Assembly: GCA_024704765.1 (NCBI GenBank)
Contig: JAKMXF010000299.1
Coordinates: forward strand, 751,368-815,367
DNA length: 64,000 nt
Direction of reading: 5' to 3'
Source of the DNA: Oopsacas minuta
Taxonomy: Eukaryota > Animalia > Porifera
In this document: positions 25,770 to 38,172 of the stretch, piece after piece
Numbering within the stretch: position 1 is the stretch's first letter
Layout of the letters: every line of letters begins with the position of its first letter
The notes under the pieces: model-generated
Seen by the model: the letters and a program-made list of their open reading frames with translations, nothing else
Databases searched by the model: none
What the model was told of the DNA's origin: nothing
Program-made: the position numbers and the translations under genes

Positions 25770-26339
25770 CGAGCCTTTGGCTCGTCGCTTCGCGATGAAT
25801 TCCGCATTGTGCCTCGAGTTATTCAACGGAAAAATATTAGACGAACAACAATTGAGATTTAATAATATTGATGTTGTTTACAATATTCAGACTCAACATA
25901 CTCGATTACCTCAGTATAGTCGTTGAAAGTATGATTCTACCTCAATTTTGAAATTTGTTTACTTCATATTCATAAAAGCAACAATAAATTTATGAGAAAC
26001 TTGAAAATGCGAAATTCGGATTCAGCGTACTTAATTACCCCTGGGTAGCCGTTTAGAGCATGGCTGTACGTGTATTTTGAGATTTGTATAATTTGTTTAC
26101 TTTATATTCATAAAAACAACAGTAAATTTACATACGATTAATCCAAAAGTGTGAGAATCTGATTCAGCATGTTCGATATATTTTAGTGAAGTTTTATTGA
26201 ATTCTATTTACTTCCTTGATAAACACGATAAATACATAATTATGCGACAATTTCAAATAGCAAGCCGTAAATCCTTTCCTTGACAACGGAAAATAAACAA
26301 ACAAACAAACAGACAACAATTGTGATTTAACAATATAGA
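25770..26339 (-). mobile_element. Non-autonomous Helitron, copy 4
   Basis: Same structure as copy 2. Ends ACGAGCCTTTGGCTCGTCGCTTCGCG ... CAATATAGA on the plus strand. Confidence 0.8.
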
Positions 26340-26449
26340 TTAGTTTGTTAAATAAACCGAATACTACTTATAATATTCGGTTTTGACCACCAAATACTGA
26401 TATTCGATTAGCAAACGAATATTGAACAATTCGCCACGGCTGAAAAAAA

Positions 26450-27168
26450 AGGATTTGGTAACTGATATGAGTTGACTTGTCCCTGAATATCCTAATTATC
26501 TCCATATATCAATGCCAAACAAAATTGAAGCTGTGAAAAGTTATAGATCTGTTCACCAAACTCCTGCTACTGTCATCCTTGATTATTTACATATCGTGTC
26601 GAATTTATTTTCGTATTAAACCCCAAGGTAGAAGCTGACACTTCTGGTTTGGGGTTTAAACAAGTAGCTAAAAAGTTATGCCTATTGGAAACCAATGCGA
26701 GCTATCCCTGACCATCATGAATGTCAGGAATGTATATTTGGTATAATTATAAAATCATACAATTTTGAGGTGGTAGTAACAATATTTAAATGTCTTCGTA
26801 ATTATAGTAGACAACTATTTTAAGCCAGAGTAGTAGAAGATATTGCACCACTTGAGAGCTATGTAAAGGGGGAAGTAATAGACACAGACCTCTCTCTTTC
26901 TCTCTGATAATAATTTTCCTTTCCTTCTGTACTAAAGTATGTAATTAGATATTATATGCAAATTCTTCCGTAATGGAGTAATTTGGTGTTTAATAGTTTT
27001 GTGAATCATCCATTAATACGTAGCAATGCAGTCGTAGAGAATTGGAATAGAATTGTAAAACAATTCTATTCCAATCTCTGTGACTGCCTTAACTTATTAG
27101 CTGATTATTTTGAAATCAGCTAATAAGTTAAGACAGAAAAATGTAGCCAAATATAACAACGAGAGTGA
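26450..27168 (+). pseudogene. Possible degraded DDE transposase (MULE/NOF-like)
   Basis: Only WSNLVFN and RSNAVVENWNRIVK (about 26975-27060) resemble the catalytic-Glu segment of MULE/NOF-type transposases. Limits approximate. Confidence 0.35.
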
Positions 27169-27897
27169 TCGTTAGAGACGAGTGTTATCTTAGCAGCCGA
27201 TTCAAATCCCCACTAAAGTACCTTTTTCTCAAAAAGTATGGGTTCTATTTTGAAAAGAACCATACCAGTGTCAAGAAGAAAGTTGGTACGTTTCATATCA
27301 TCACTCATAATCGCCAAATTTTGCATGATGAGTAAGCAATTTTGCATTACATTTTGGTCGAGGTTTTTTATTAATATCTCCTGAAATAATTGTGATAATA
27401 ACTTCTCATTTTAATCATATTTACATTTCACTTGGTACATTGTGTATATTCAATTTGAAATTAAAATAATTATTTTTGAAAAAGTTATGAACGCTCAAAC
27501 TTTACACAGGAATTACATAGACAACCAGTTTTTGCTTGATGATTTGTATGCTTTGTAGCTATGTATTGATTACTTGAATATTCTTAGTGTAAATTTACTT
27601 AAGATGACTAAATTCTTAAGGTCAAATGTATTTCTTCTCAATTATTAGGACCAGTTATGTCAGTTTAGATTTTTGAACTTAGCATTAAATTAAGAATGTA
27701 ATATCAATCAACAAAGCATTTGTAACACTGTAATTGATTTATTTCGTTTCTCACAACCTTAATACTTTTGATATTCTTCAATTTCATTTTATTTCAACTT
27801 CATTCTTCCACAAATTTTCTTCATACAACGGTCCTACTAAATTTCATTTCAATTCAATCATGTGAGTATCTTTCTTAATTCATTTTGTAATGTTACA

Positions 27898-28078
27898 CAG
27901 TCAGCTCTCGGTATATCGAACATGGATAATTAGAAATCCTCGCTATATCGAAGTCTGAGATTATACAATATAGTCACAAATCGTTAAAGAAACATAAATG
28001 TCATCAGTTATATTGAAATCCGCGTATTTAGAAGTGATTATTGCGGTTCTTTGTTTCCGATATAAGGGGAGTTGACTG
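27898..28078. mobile_element. pogo-like MITE inside the foldback element
   Basis: CAGTCAGCTCTCGGTATATCG ... CGATATAAGGGGAGTTGACTG-TA. Confidence 0.7.
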
Positions 28079-28147
28079 TAGTTATATGCAAATGTGTCAG
28101 AAAATTAGTCGTTCTTTTTGGTATAGATTGTGTTCTTACTTCCAACC

Positions 28148-28998
28148 ATGACATCTCTGGAACAATTTGTAACTGCAATTACCCAACTGGGCTACAATGA
28201 TTTTGATAAACTTAAGGTAGCCTTGGATAACGGAGACAGGCGAAGGGCGAAGTCAGTATGGGGAAAGTTATCCATTCTCATATTCAATAAGAATAAGCCA
28301 AACACACGTGCTCCTCTCTACTTAAAATGGAAACTAAATCGCAATCATTTTCAGGATTATATAAAACAAAGTATGGAAGGTAACAGCCGTAAGTTGAATA
28401 GCGATTCTGGTACTGATATATTCCAGTTGGCTGTAGAACACGTTAGCACCAGGTTAGATTCAGATAGTATTTATGTTAATAGTTTAGATCCTAGTAATAT
28501 TAGTAGTAGTCAATTAGATACAGATTTTAGTGTAGATAGCTTGGAGCGGGAAGTGTCAAATAGCAAATTCTTAGGCTATTGACATCTGGTTGCGAACAAC
28601 CTGAACTATATAGTTTGAAGAGTACCCTGTCTTCTTCTCCTCCTCAGACTGAGGTCACCGATACCCTCTTTTGGACGTACATTGATTGTGATAATCTTCT
28701 ATGGTTAGACGCACTGAAATTTTTAGGGTCAGAATGTCCTCTTATTAGTGGCGAATTCATGCTCATTAATGGGATAATCTATGAGGAGTGCAAAAAATGT
28801 AATGAGTTTCTATATGAGCAACTAAGAAACTTCAGGCTTGTTAAGAGAGATAGTTGCTTATTAGAAGCATGGATATTAGTTGGCAACATCAACGGTCGAA
28901 TTTGGATTTGTTTGGAAGTGCTTATCTCATTATCACAGTTGCACAACTCGTGGAATTTCTTAACTTTGCTTTATCCATTCGAGAAAATATGGATCTAA
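28148..28998 (+). pseudogene. Unidentified ORF (~280 aa if one frameshift near 28580 is corrected) carried by the foldback element
   Basis: ORFs 28130-28582 (first ATG 28148) and 28579-28998 overlap by 4 nt. Protein-like composition, no recognised motif. Confidence 0.4.
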
Positions 28999-31849
28999 TA
29001 TTTTCATTTCATTCAACTCTATCAGAAAACTAGGCACGGTTAAGTCTTCAAAAATTCCGTTGTTGGTTGATTCACATCCAAACATGTTATCTAAACTTGC
29101 ACTTGATATTGGTCACTCAGAAACTAGTGTTGTCATCGATAAATATAACGTTAATCATGTGTCACTTGTCCCAATCCTAGATGATGGTGATATTCTGAAT
29201 GAGGTAATCATTACCAGCCCATACTATCTCTAATTTATTATTAAAAGCAACCTAATCATTGGTTTCAATTTATGGCAGCGAAAATTATATATTTACCAAC
29301 AAGATTATTAGTGAAACAATAAATATTTTGTATAAATGAATTTTGAATATTTTGTGAGATCTCATCTAAATATATAAATTGATTGTGACAAAAATCACAA
29401 ATGTAAGTATATACGTATATGTATCGACAGTTGGATTATATGGAACTATTTTATGACCTTTTCTCTAACCAAGATACGTTTAAAAGCTGGATTATATTAC
29501 GCAGGATTTGGAAACTAACACAACACCAATATGCAAAGTTCTGGAAGATATATTCAGAGTAAAGTAAACAATGAACATGAAAATCTATATTCTTATCCTT
29601 ACAATTATCTTAATCAATCTAGGAATTATATCTACAAATCTCTCTTACAAACATTAATTTTACAATTTGTACAAATTTGAATTAGAAAGAAGTTACTATC
29701 TATTTTTGGAGCATTCATTTGCAAACCCATGTCCTGGAGTTAACTCTCGATTATCTTACCATTCTGGCATTAATAATTACAAATCGAAGTGTTGATCGTC
29801 TCTTCAAATCTTATCTGCTCAAGATATTTGTTACTCTTCCTTATATAGCTGTAAAGATTTTGCATAATAGTACCACCTGTTTTAGGTTTAGCCTGTTCTA
29901 ATAGACAAGGGAAATTCAATCAGTATTTCTCATTAGTTCATCAATCAGTTCAATACAGAAAAGATAGACAGACAAACTATAATATCTGGTTAATTAGTAT
30001 CTTGTAATACTTTTCGATTTGCTTACTCTTTTCTATTCAAAAAGTAATGTTTTGTATAATGTATGGTAACTGTAATTACAATGGTGTTGTGTTATTTATT
30101 ATATTTCAAATATCTTCTGATTATTATCTAGAAACCACAATAGAATTGGAACTATAGAATTGAAAATGATACTAAATCCTTATCAAAATTTACGTACACT
30201 GTAATGTCATACATACTTCATTATTGATAGTACAAACTGGTAGTCTATGTAATTCCTATGTAAAGTTTGGGCGTTCATAACTTTTCAAAAATAATTATTT
30301 TAATTTCAAATTGAATATACACAATGTACCAAGTGAGATGTAAATATGATTAAAATGAGAAGTTATTATCACAATTATTTCAGGAGATATTAATAAAAAA
30401 CCTCGACCAAAATGTAATGCAAAATTGCTTACTCATCATGCAAAATTTGGCGATTATGAGTGATGATATGAAACGTACCAACTTTCTTCTTGACACTGGT
30501 ATGGTTCTTTTCAAAATAGAACCCATACTTTTTGAGAAAAAGGTATTTTAGTGGGGATTTGAATCGGCTGCTGAATCGGCTGCTAAGATACACTCGTTCG
30601 TTAGAGCAATTCATTTCACAAGATGTCATAAGGACAAGTTGTATCTCGGCAAGTTATAGTTACTGCCCTCACATTGAGCAACATTTTCTTTAGCTATAGA
30701 AGCTAAATCTTGATATACATCGGTATCAGTTAAAGCTGATGCCCAGGTTGTGAACCTTTCATTATCGACAAGCTCATTCAAACACTGGTGGTTATTAGCT
30801 GAGCTCCAAGCTGGTTTTATCACTTACGTATAATTGGTGATTGAGAAACTAATGATTCTTTAACTGTTCCTAGAGCCTCCTTAGTGAACAGAAATAATTT
30901 AGTATCGAAAAAAATGTCTGATAAATTGACACTAATAGATAGATTTGTTGTTACAAGGAATGAATGGCCGGAAACCGATAAGGGAGATTCCTGGATAATT
31001 GAATATAAATTTCCCTCTACAAGGAGCTGAGTAGATAAATCAGAACGTACTAAAGTCGATGCTTATGAATTCAAAGCAACGGATTGGATATCTTTCACAT
31101 TTCTCAGCCATGAATTTTACAATTTGTCCCTGTTCCCCTGAAGATTGTTACCGTAGACTAGTTACTTAACCCATATACGTATATTTTGGATTCCTACAGG
31201 AAGAAGCACCAAGAGTGCCTGGGAGAAGTTCTTTGGTAATACCAATGGATTTTAGAGTGAGATAAACTGCTGTAACTCCACTGGCAAAGACAAATCTAAA
31301 ATAGGGGTTTGGTGGCACAAGCCCATCATACACGATGAAAAAAAGTTGCATAGTTGAATAGTGTGGGTCACAAAATAAACTAATATAGATTGGTCTTTAC
31401 TTCTGTTCTACCCTACAATTCAGAAATTCTTGTTTACCCTGCGAGTCTAACAAACATGTCTTCATTTCAATGTACGTAATATCACAAATTTGTATAGAAC
31501 ATTTTGAATTTTGTTGAGCCCACCATGCACGATGCAACTTTGTTGCATGGAAATTTCAAATTGAAATGAATTTATTTTGGAATTGATATAAGTTGAAATT
31601 CAAATATACGAATAGAGAAGCATTATGTGATTGGTCTAAAAATGACTTTATTATATAGGAATAATTATTGTTTAGAACTGTGGACTGAGAAACGATTGTA
31701 GATACAGTTGTCTGGTTTATTGTAGCAAGAAAACAAGTCGTAAATCAGTTGGTTTTTCAAAATGTAATATTTCGAAAAGAAAATTTTTTAAAAGAAATTT
31801 AAAAGCATAATTTAACAACCCTCAATAGTATTCAGAAAAATTATATCAA

Positions 31850-34599
31850 AAGAATAATGAGAAGCCGTATAATAACACATTAGAGTTGACACGTTTGGAA
31901 AAATGTTGAAAACCATCACACATTTGAGATTTCTGATGACATTTTTCGTAATCCAACAACGCTATACTTTCGAATAACAGCAAGTTTTCTCTAGCAATAC
32001 GGAAAGTTGGCCAAATACACGATTGAAGTGAACACGTTTGTTTGATTCGAATTGGCTGCTAACTTTTTCTCCGTATGCGCCTGAAGGTGTACTAACATTG
32101 AATATTTTCCGTATAGTAACAAGGATTCTAACCATCGTAGAGGTATTATTACGATATCCTTCACAACATTTTCATTTTGAATCTCAAGAGCGGATAATGT
32201 TAGAGCATTAAAAACCTTTAGAACCAATCTGACATTCTGTCTTTCTATGCTAGAAGGAAAACAAGCTTTCAATGTTAATTGAGGAGCCAATTTCGCTAGA
32301 CTTCCTCTTTCAGAGCTGGATAGTATGCGTAAATCTTGAAAAGAAGCTGAATTGAGACAATGGGGTACAGGCATTTATCAATCTCAAAATCTTCAAACTT
32401 GGGGAAATAAATTCTTCTGATTCGACCAATTATTACGTATACTGTTTAAAATATGACTAAATCAAATGTGAGAAAGACAAATCTGGTAGGATCAAATGGG
32501 TGAGGCACCCTAGTTTCAAATTTGCCACTCAGAGAAAATAGTCCGAAATATTTACATTCAAAGGATAGTTGTCAGTTGAAATTACCCGTATACGTAAACC
32601 ACAATTCTCAATATCAATGATACACTCTTTGATGATGGGAAATATCTTACAGCGGAAATAGACATGCTAGTAAACTTGAAATACTAAACCATTTCTATAT
32701 ATCATTATCGCGAACACAGTTACGGTTGGCGCCTCTTGGTCCCAATTATGAGCTAAGTATTTCATCCTTTTATAAGTAATATAAGATTTAACGTATATTT
32801 CATCCATTTGAACTATAACATTTCTCTCCAGTGAACTGAAGCAAGAAGTAGCTTGGGTGAGATATGTAGAGAAATTATTTTCAATGCCAAACGAAGAATA
32901 CAATATATTTAACGTCTGAACATGCGGTAGAGAAAGATACTCTCCTGGAGATATACATAACATGCTGGAGAGATGAGATGAGTCATAATTGACATGACTT
33001 GAGTAATGATATTGTACCATCGCCTGTTCTTTGGAATAAATATATTATCTAATTCACAGAGGATAAATTGCAGCTTAGCTATAACTGAGGAAGAATAGTT
33101 CTCACTATCCTCTATGCTAGTTAAATCAACAACCTTCTCTTTGGCACAAGGAATAAGAAATGTATGTGATTTAGTATAATGACCATCAAATACAGAGGAA
33201 ATTGATGTAATAATGACTACCAAATGACTCCCAAAGTATTTACATTTTAGGCTATTTCTATATATATGTGCCTAAATTATGTAATTATATATCTATTGGA
33301 TGTTTTGGCCTGTACTCGAATTTATTCACACAACTAAAAATCTTAGAAATTTACACCACTCAATCAAACAGTTTCGTACCCAAGTGTAACAAATTTCAGC
33401 GGTTTGTGCAAATATACAATAAACGATTCCAAAGATTCATTACTTTGAGAGAATAATATGGAGCATAAACTAGAATTTTCTGCTCGATTATAGATACGTC
33501 GTTTTTCGTCAACCGTTAGTAGTGTTCTTAAATACTTGTTCAAGCGTAATTCTATATACAAAAAGGTTTCATTGATCGTGTGTCGTACATGTCTATGCTA
33601 CATTCTTGGGCTTTTCGGATTGCTATATATAATATTACTAATATTTTCAAGGTTGTGGCAGGGTACGTGTATATTTCCCGAAATTGACGAATACATGCCA
33701 CAATGAATACTAAACCTGGCCCAATATGGTGATGTAAGTTTTAACTTCCAGGAACAATAATAAGGTGTGAATTATGACGTCAAAATGATGTGAAAGGGCC
33801 AAAAAATTAGTTTTCAGTATAAAACTGGGAATTTATTGAATGTGAACTTGGTGAAATTCGTAAGACATTTGCACATTAAGTAATGAAAGCATAGTGTCTG
33901 AGGAGTATATCCTGAAATTGTAAAAAATTAGAGAAAAAATAACATGGTGTTGATGACGCTGCATGTGTAAAATACGTGAGATGAATGAAAGTTTTGGAAA
34001 ATATTGTCAAAGAAGATAATTCTTCAGCTAATTACATAAGTTGATATTTGTTTTTGAAAAAATTCCAAATTTACTCCAAATTTTCCAGATCTACAAGTAT
34101 TACAACATCGTTAGCTTTCAGATCCTCTAAATTTCTGATGATAAATTGGTGTTTGGTCTCAATCTCAGATTTAGGACTAAGCAGAATGGTTTGATTCAAC
34201 ATTTCTTTCTCTCTTGATTCATAAGACAAAAGAATGCGTTTGCTTGTCGATGTTGATGAATAATATGAGGTACAACCAGGGAGTAAACAGTGAGCTGCTT
34301 TTTCACCTTAAGTTTATCGCGAGGTACACTAGTGAAAGTACCTTATCTATTGGGAACCTTATGAAATACTCAACACCTTATTCACGGAAATACTTAATAC
34401 ATATATTAACATACTTGAGACGATCAATATCTTCACGGTGAAGAGCGGGTATCCAGGCCTGTTTAAGTTCACGTGGATACTCTGGCATTCTAAATATGTA
34501 GTACTCTGTCATCTGGGTAATAATTTCTTGTGCAACCAGGGGCAGAACAGGTACGGCATCGGAGAGATACAACATACAAGCTAATAGTGAAAGAAGCAT
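31850..34599 (-). pseudogene. THAP-domain P-element/THAP9-like transposase relic
   Basis: THAP-like FRMPEYPRELKQAWIPALHR...VNICIKYF (34378-34599), LSLPHVQTL...VIVQMDEIYVK (32667-33020), AKLAPQLTLKACFPSSIERQNVRLVLKVFN (31991-32374). The 3' limit is uncertain. Confidence 0.85.
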
Positions 34600-34688
34600 A
34601 AATGACTCATAAAATGAAAATAGGAATGCGATGAACTATCATTACTAGTAACTAGAGTATGTCAGTGAAAAAATTATTTTTGTATATA

Positions 34689-35151
34689 CAGTGGAACCCC
34701 ACTTAACGGCCACCCCAGAATAGCTGCCACCTCGATATACCGGCCACTGTTTAAAGTCCCGTTTAATATACTATAGACATTAACATTAATTTATTTCAGA
34801 ATTCCGGCTACTCCGCTATTCCGAATTACGGCCATACTTTTAGAACGAAACCCTATTTTAACCTCAGAATTATGGCCAATCTTAACAATAGGAATCACTA
34901 TTGGATGTTTGAAAAAGAAAACAATTTCTGGACAATTAAATAACAATACATTGGATAGTATACATATAAATGCAAAGCAGATTAATGAGACAGTAATTCA
35001 TACTTTATTAATGGCATCGAGCAACGCAATGAGCTGGATCTCAAATTATAGTATGGTAAATATTAATAGAATATGGTTTATTTCAAAAAGTTTCACAATT
35101 ACGGCCATTTTTCTCGGTCCCGTGGGTGACCGTATTTCTGGGGTTCCACTG
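34689..35151. mobile_element. pogo/Tigger-like MITE
   Basis: TA-CAGTGGAACCCC ... GGGGTTCCACTG-TA with ACGGCCA subrepeats. Confidence 0.85.
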
Positions 35152-35344
35152 TATATCAATTATGTTGAAGTTAAACTTGGTTGATATAATCAGCTGATGA
35201 ATTATCCTGGTACAAAAAACTTAAGTTACTATTAGCACACATCCTAAGTGACCAGCATTAATTACAATAACTTGTATTACGAAATTTTAAAAATTCGAAT
35301 TCTTCTTATAAATAATGCTAATTATCCACTCAATGTTATGTTAG

Positions 35345-38172
35345 TGTAGGAACCTAGATGCTGGTAAACATAGATCAGTAGATTTGTTGTGTTTGATATT
35401 TAGTAACCTTAGAACATTTAGTTACTAATAGATATATTCTATTAGTTTTAGATAGGCATTCAATAAAATTTGTATAAAGATAGAAATATGGTCGGGAAAC
35501 ATGGTATCCTGAATGAATTTGAGGCCAGTAAAGAGGACTGGACTTCATATACAGAACGCTTACAACATTACTTTGCAACTAATGAAGTTGACTCTGTTGA
35601 AAAGCAGCGGGCAATATTCCTGAGTATATGTGGGGCACAAACCTGTGGGCTTTTGAAGAACTTACTAGCACCTGAGAAGCCAACGGAAAGGAGCTTTTCA
35701 GAACTGGAGGAGTTGATGAGGAATCACATACCACCAAGCCTATCGGGAATGTTGAAAGATTTATATTTTACTCGAAAAATCGCAAAGAAGGGGAATCAGT
35801 TTCTGAACACGTTGCTGAGTTGAATAAATTGTCGGAGCACTGTGGTTTCGGGGATGCTGTCAATGATATACTACGGGATAGACTTGTGTTCGGACTAAAT
35901 GACGTGGGGATACAACGTCGGTTGCTGTCTGAAGAAGAGTTGACATATAAATAGTCATTAGAACTGGCACAAGGGATTGAAGCCGCTGAGCGTAATTTGC
36001 AAGAATTACAGTTTTCAAAAACTGTCTGATGACAAAGTGTTCAATGTTAAGTGGGCCGCACAGAAAACGCAAAACTGTAAATGCAATCGTTGTGGGGAGG
36101 ACCACATTGCGACTGACTGCCGATTCAAAGGAGCGTCTTGTCACAACTTCGGGAAGCAGGGTCACATCGCCCGAGCTTGGAAGAGCAAATCGAAGCGGCT
36201 TTCACCTAAGTATACTCAACCAAAAGACACACATCAAATGCAGAGCGAGGAAAAACAATCAAAGTCGAAGGATAATCAGGATTCCGGAGAATACTCTCTT
36301 TTTAATGTTCAGGAAAAGGACAATTTTCCTAGCAGGTCCCTGTGTCGATCAATGGGGCGGAATTGACCATGGAAGTGGACACCGGTGCTACTTTATCAAT
36401 TATCAGTTACGGAACATACCAACGGTTATAGAGCAAAGAAACCGATCCAAGAGTAGAACCATCCAAGGCTCGCCATAGGACATAACTGGAGAAGTTAATG
36501 AGGTACTGTAAGGTTCAGGTTGAGATGATTTTTGGCAGCCAACGAGTGCTTGTCGTGTGATAGTCGTCCAAAGAAATGGTCCTGAGCCTTCTCGGGCGGA
36601 ATTGGTTGAAGAACTAGACTGGTCCTAACTTTACCAAATTCGTACTTCAAGAAATGTCACTGACGTTTTAGACCACTATAAATCGTTATTTTCAGATAAG
36701 CTTGGGAGAGTAGAAAGTATTGTTGCGAGGAATGTATAGACTCAAGTGCTAAGCCAAGATTCTTCCGTGCTAGGGCGGTACCTTTTTGCGTTATGAGGAA
36801 AGGTTGAGGAGGAACAAAACCCCTAGAGAGCCAAGGTATCATCGAAACTGTTCGCTTTGCTAATTAAGCAGCCCCAATAGTACCTACTGTCAAACCTGAC
36901 AGTTCAGTTCGCTTATGCGGTGACTACAAAGTAACAGTTAATCGGGCAGCAAGAGTTGATACCTACCCCCTGCCGCGCATTGATGACTTGCTTAACTTCC
37001 CTGTCTGGTTGCCAGTCATTCACTAAGTTAGACCTAGCACATGCTTACCTACAGATTCCGTTGGAAGAACAATCTAAGATATAGACCACAGTTAACACTC
37101 ATAAAGGGTTGTTCCAATATACTCATCTACCTTTTGGTCTATCAAGAGCAGCTGCTATTTTCAGAAGGCGAGAATTACTACGGGAAGTTTCTGCCAAACC
37201 TTTCAACCTTGTTGGCGCCATTGCACAAGTTACTTAACAAACAATCTTCGTGGAGTTGGAAAGAGGAATAAAGGGAAGCTTTCATAAAGGCTAAAGAATT
37301 GCTGATTTCTCCTAAACTACTTGTACATTTTGATCCCAAGAGGGATCTAGTGGTGACTTGTGATGCGTCACCTAACGGGATTGGAGCAGTACTATCTCAT
37401 ATTTGGGAGGACGGTAGTGAGAAACCCATTTACTATGCATCTCGTTCACTAGCAGCTGCTGAAAAAGAATTACTCTCAACTGGATAAGGAAGGATTGGCA
37501 ATTTTATTTGTAGTCAAGAAATTCCATCAATATTTATATGGTCGGGTATTACAATAAAATCAGATCATAAGCCCGTTCAGTATATTTTGGACATGAACAT
37601 CCTGTTCCTTCGATGGCATCAGCTAGGATACAAAAGTGGGCCCTCACCTTAGCGGCATACAATTATAGAGTAATGTACAAACCAGGACCAGAGATAGGTC
37701 ATGCAGACGGATTGAGCCGTCTTCCGCTTCCGGACGCTTCACCAACAACAGCCCCCCCCATACTAGGCGAGATTATCCATTCTAGTTAAAGGCCACCCAA
37801 CCATCACAAATCTTTGAATACGCGACATTATCGGATGCGTTTTGCCCATTTGGCAATCTGCTAAGCGTTTAGTTGTGATCGGTCCATACTCTCGTTTGAG
37901 ATCAATGCCCCAGAGAACATCGAACACAGGTTTGCACCTGCGCTACGGCGATCTGCAAGGATTAGACGCCCGCCTGATAGGTACGAACCAGAAATTTAGT
38001 TGCGGTTACTGACTTCGATTAATGGAAAGGGGTGTAGTAACCTAGATACTTATAAACATAGATCAGTAGTTTGTTGTGTTTTGGTATTTAGTAATCTTAG
38101 AAACGTTTAGTTACTAATATATTTATTCTATTAGTTTTAGATAGGCATTCATTAAAACTGTAACTTCCAGCA
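35345..38172 (+). mobile_element. Internally deleted, degenerate Ty3/gypsy LTR retrotransposon
   Basis: Short LTRs start TGTAG(G/T)AACCTAGAT at 35345 and 38033, the second after a PPT (GGAAAGGGG). gag (EDWTSYTERLQHYF, CCHC knuckles), protease MEVDTGA, RT YPLPRIDDL, RNase H TCDASPNGIGAVL. The integrase core is missing but its C-terminal LRRSARIRRPPDRY is kept. The right end is approximate. Confidence 0.9.

Larger units (their letters stand above)
27178..30597. mobile_element. Foldback-type DNA transposon with ~355-bp TIRs and 9-bp TSD
   Basis: Inverted repeats 27178-27531 and 30234-30597 (about 5 substitutions and 3 indels). TCGTTAGAG directly flanks both ends (27169-27177, 30598-30606). Confidence 0.9.

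Noticed and set aside
30429-30629. ORF read as the C-terminus of the adjacent THAP/P transposase
   Set aside because: It crosses the TSD/TIR junction of the foldback element at 30597, so it is a chimeric frame and not part of the P relic.
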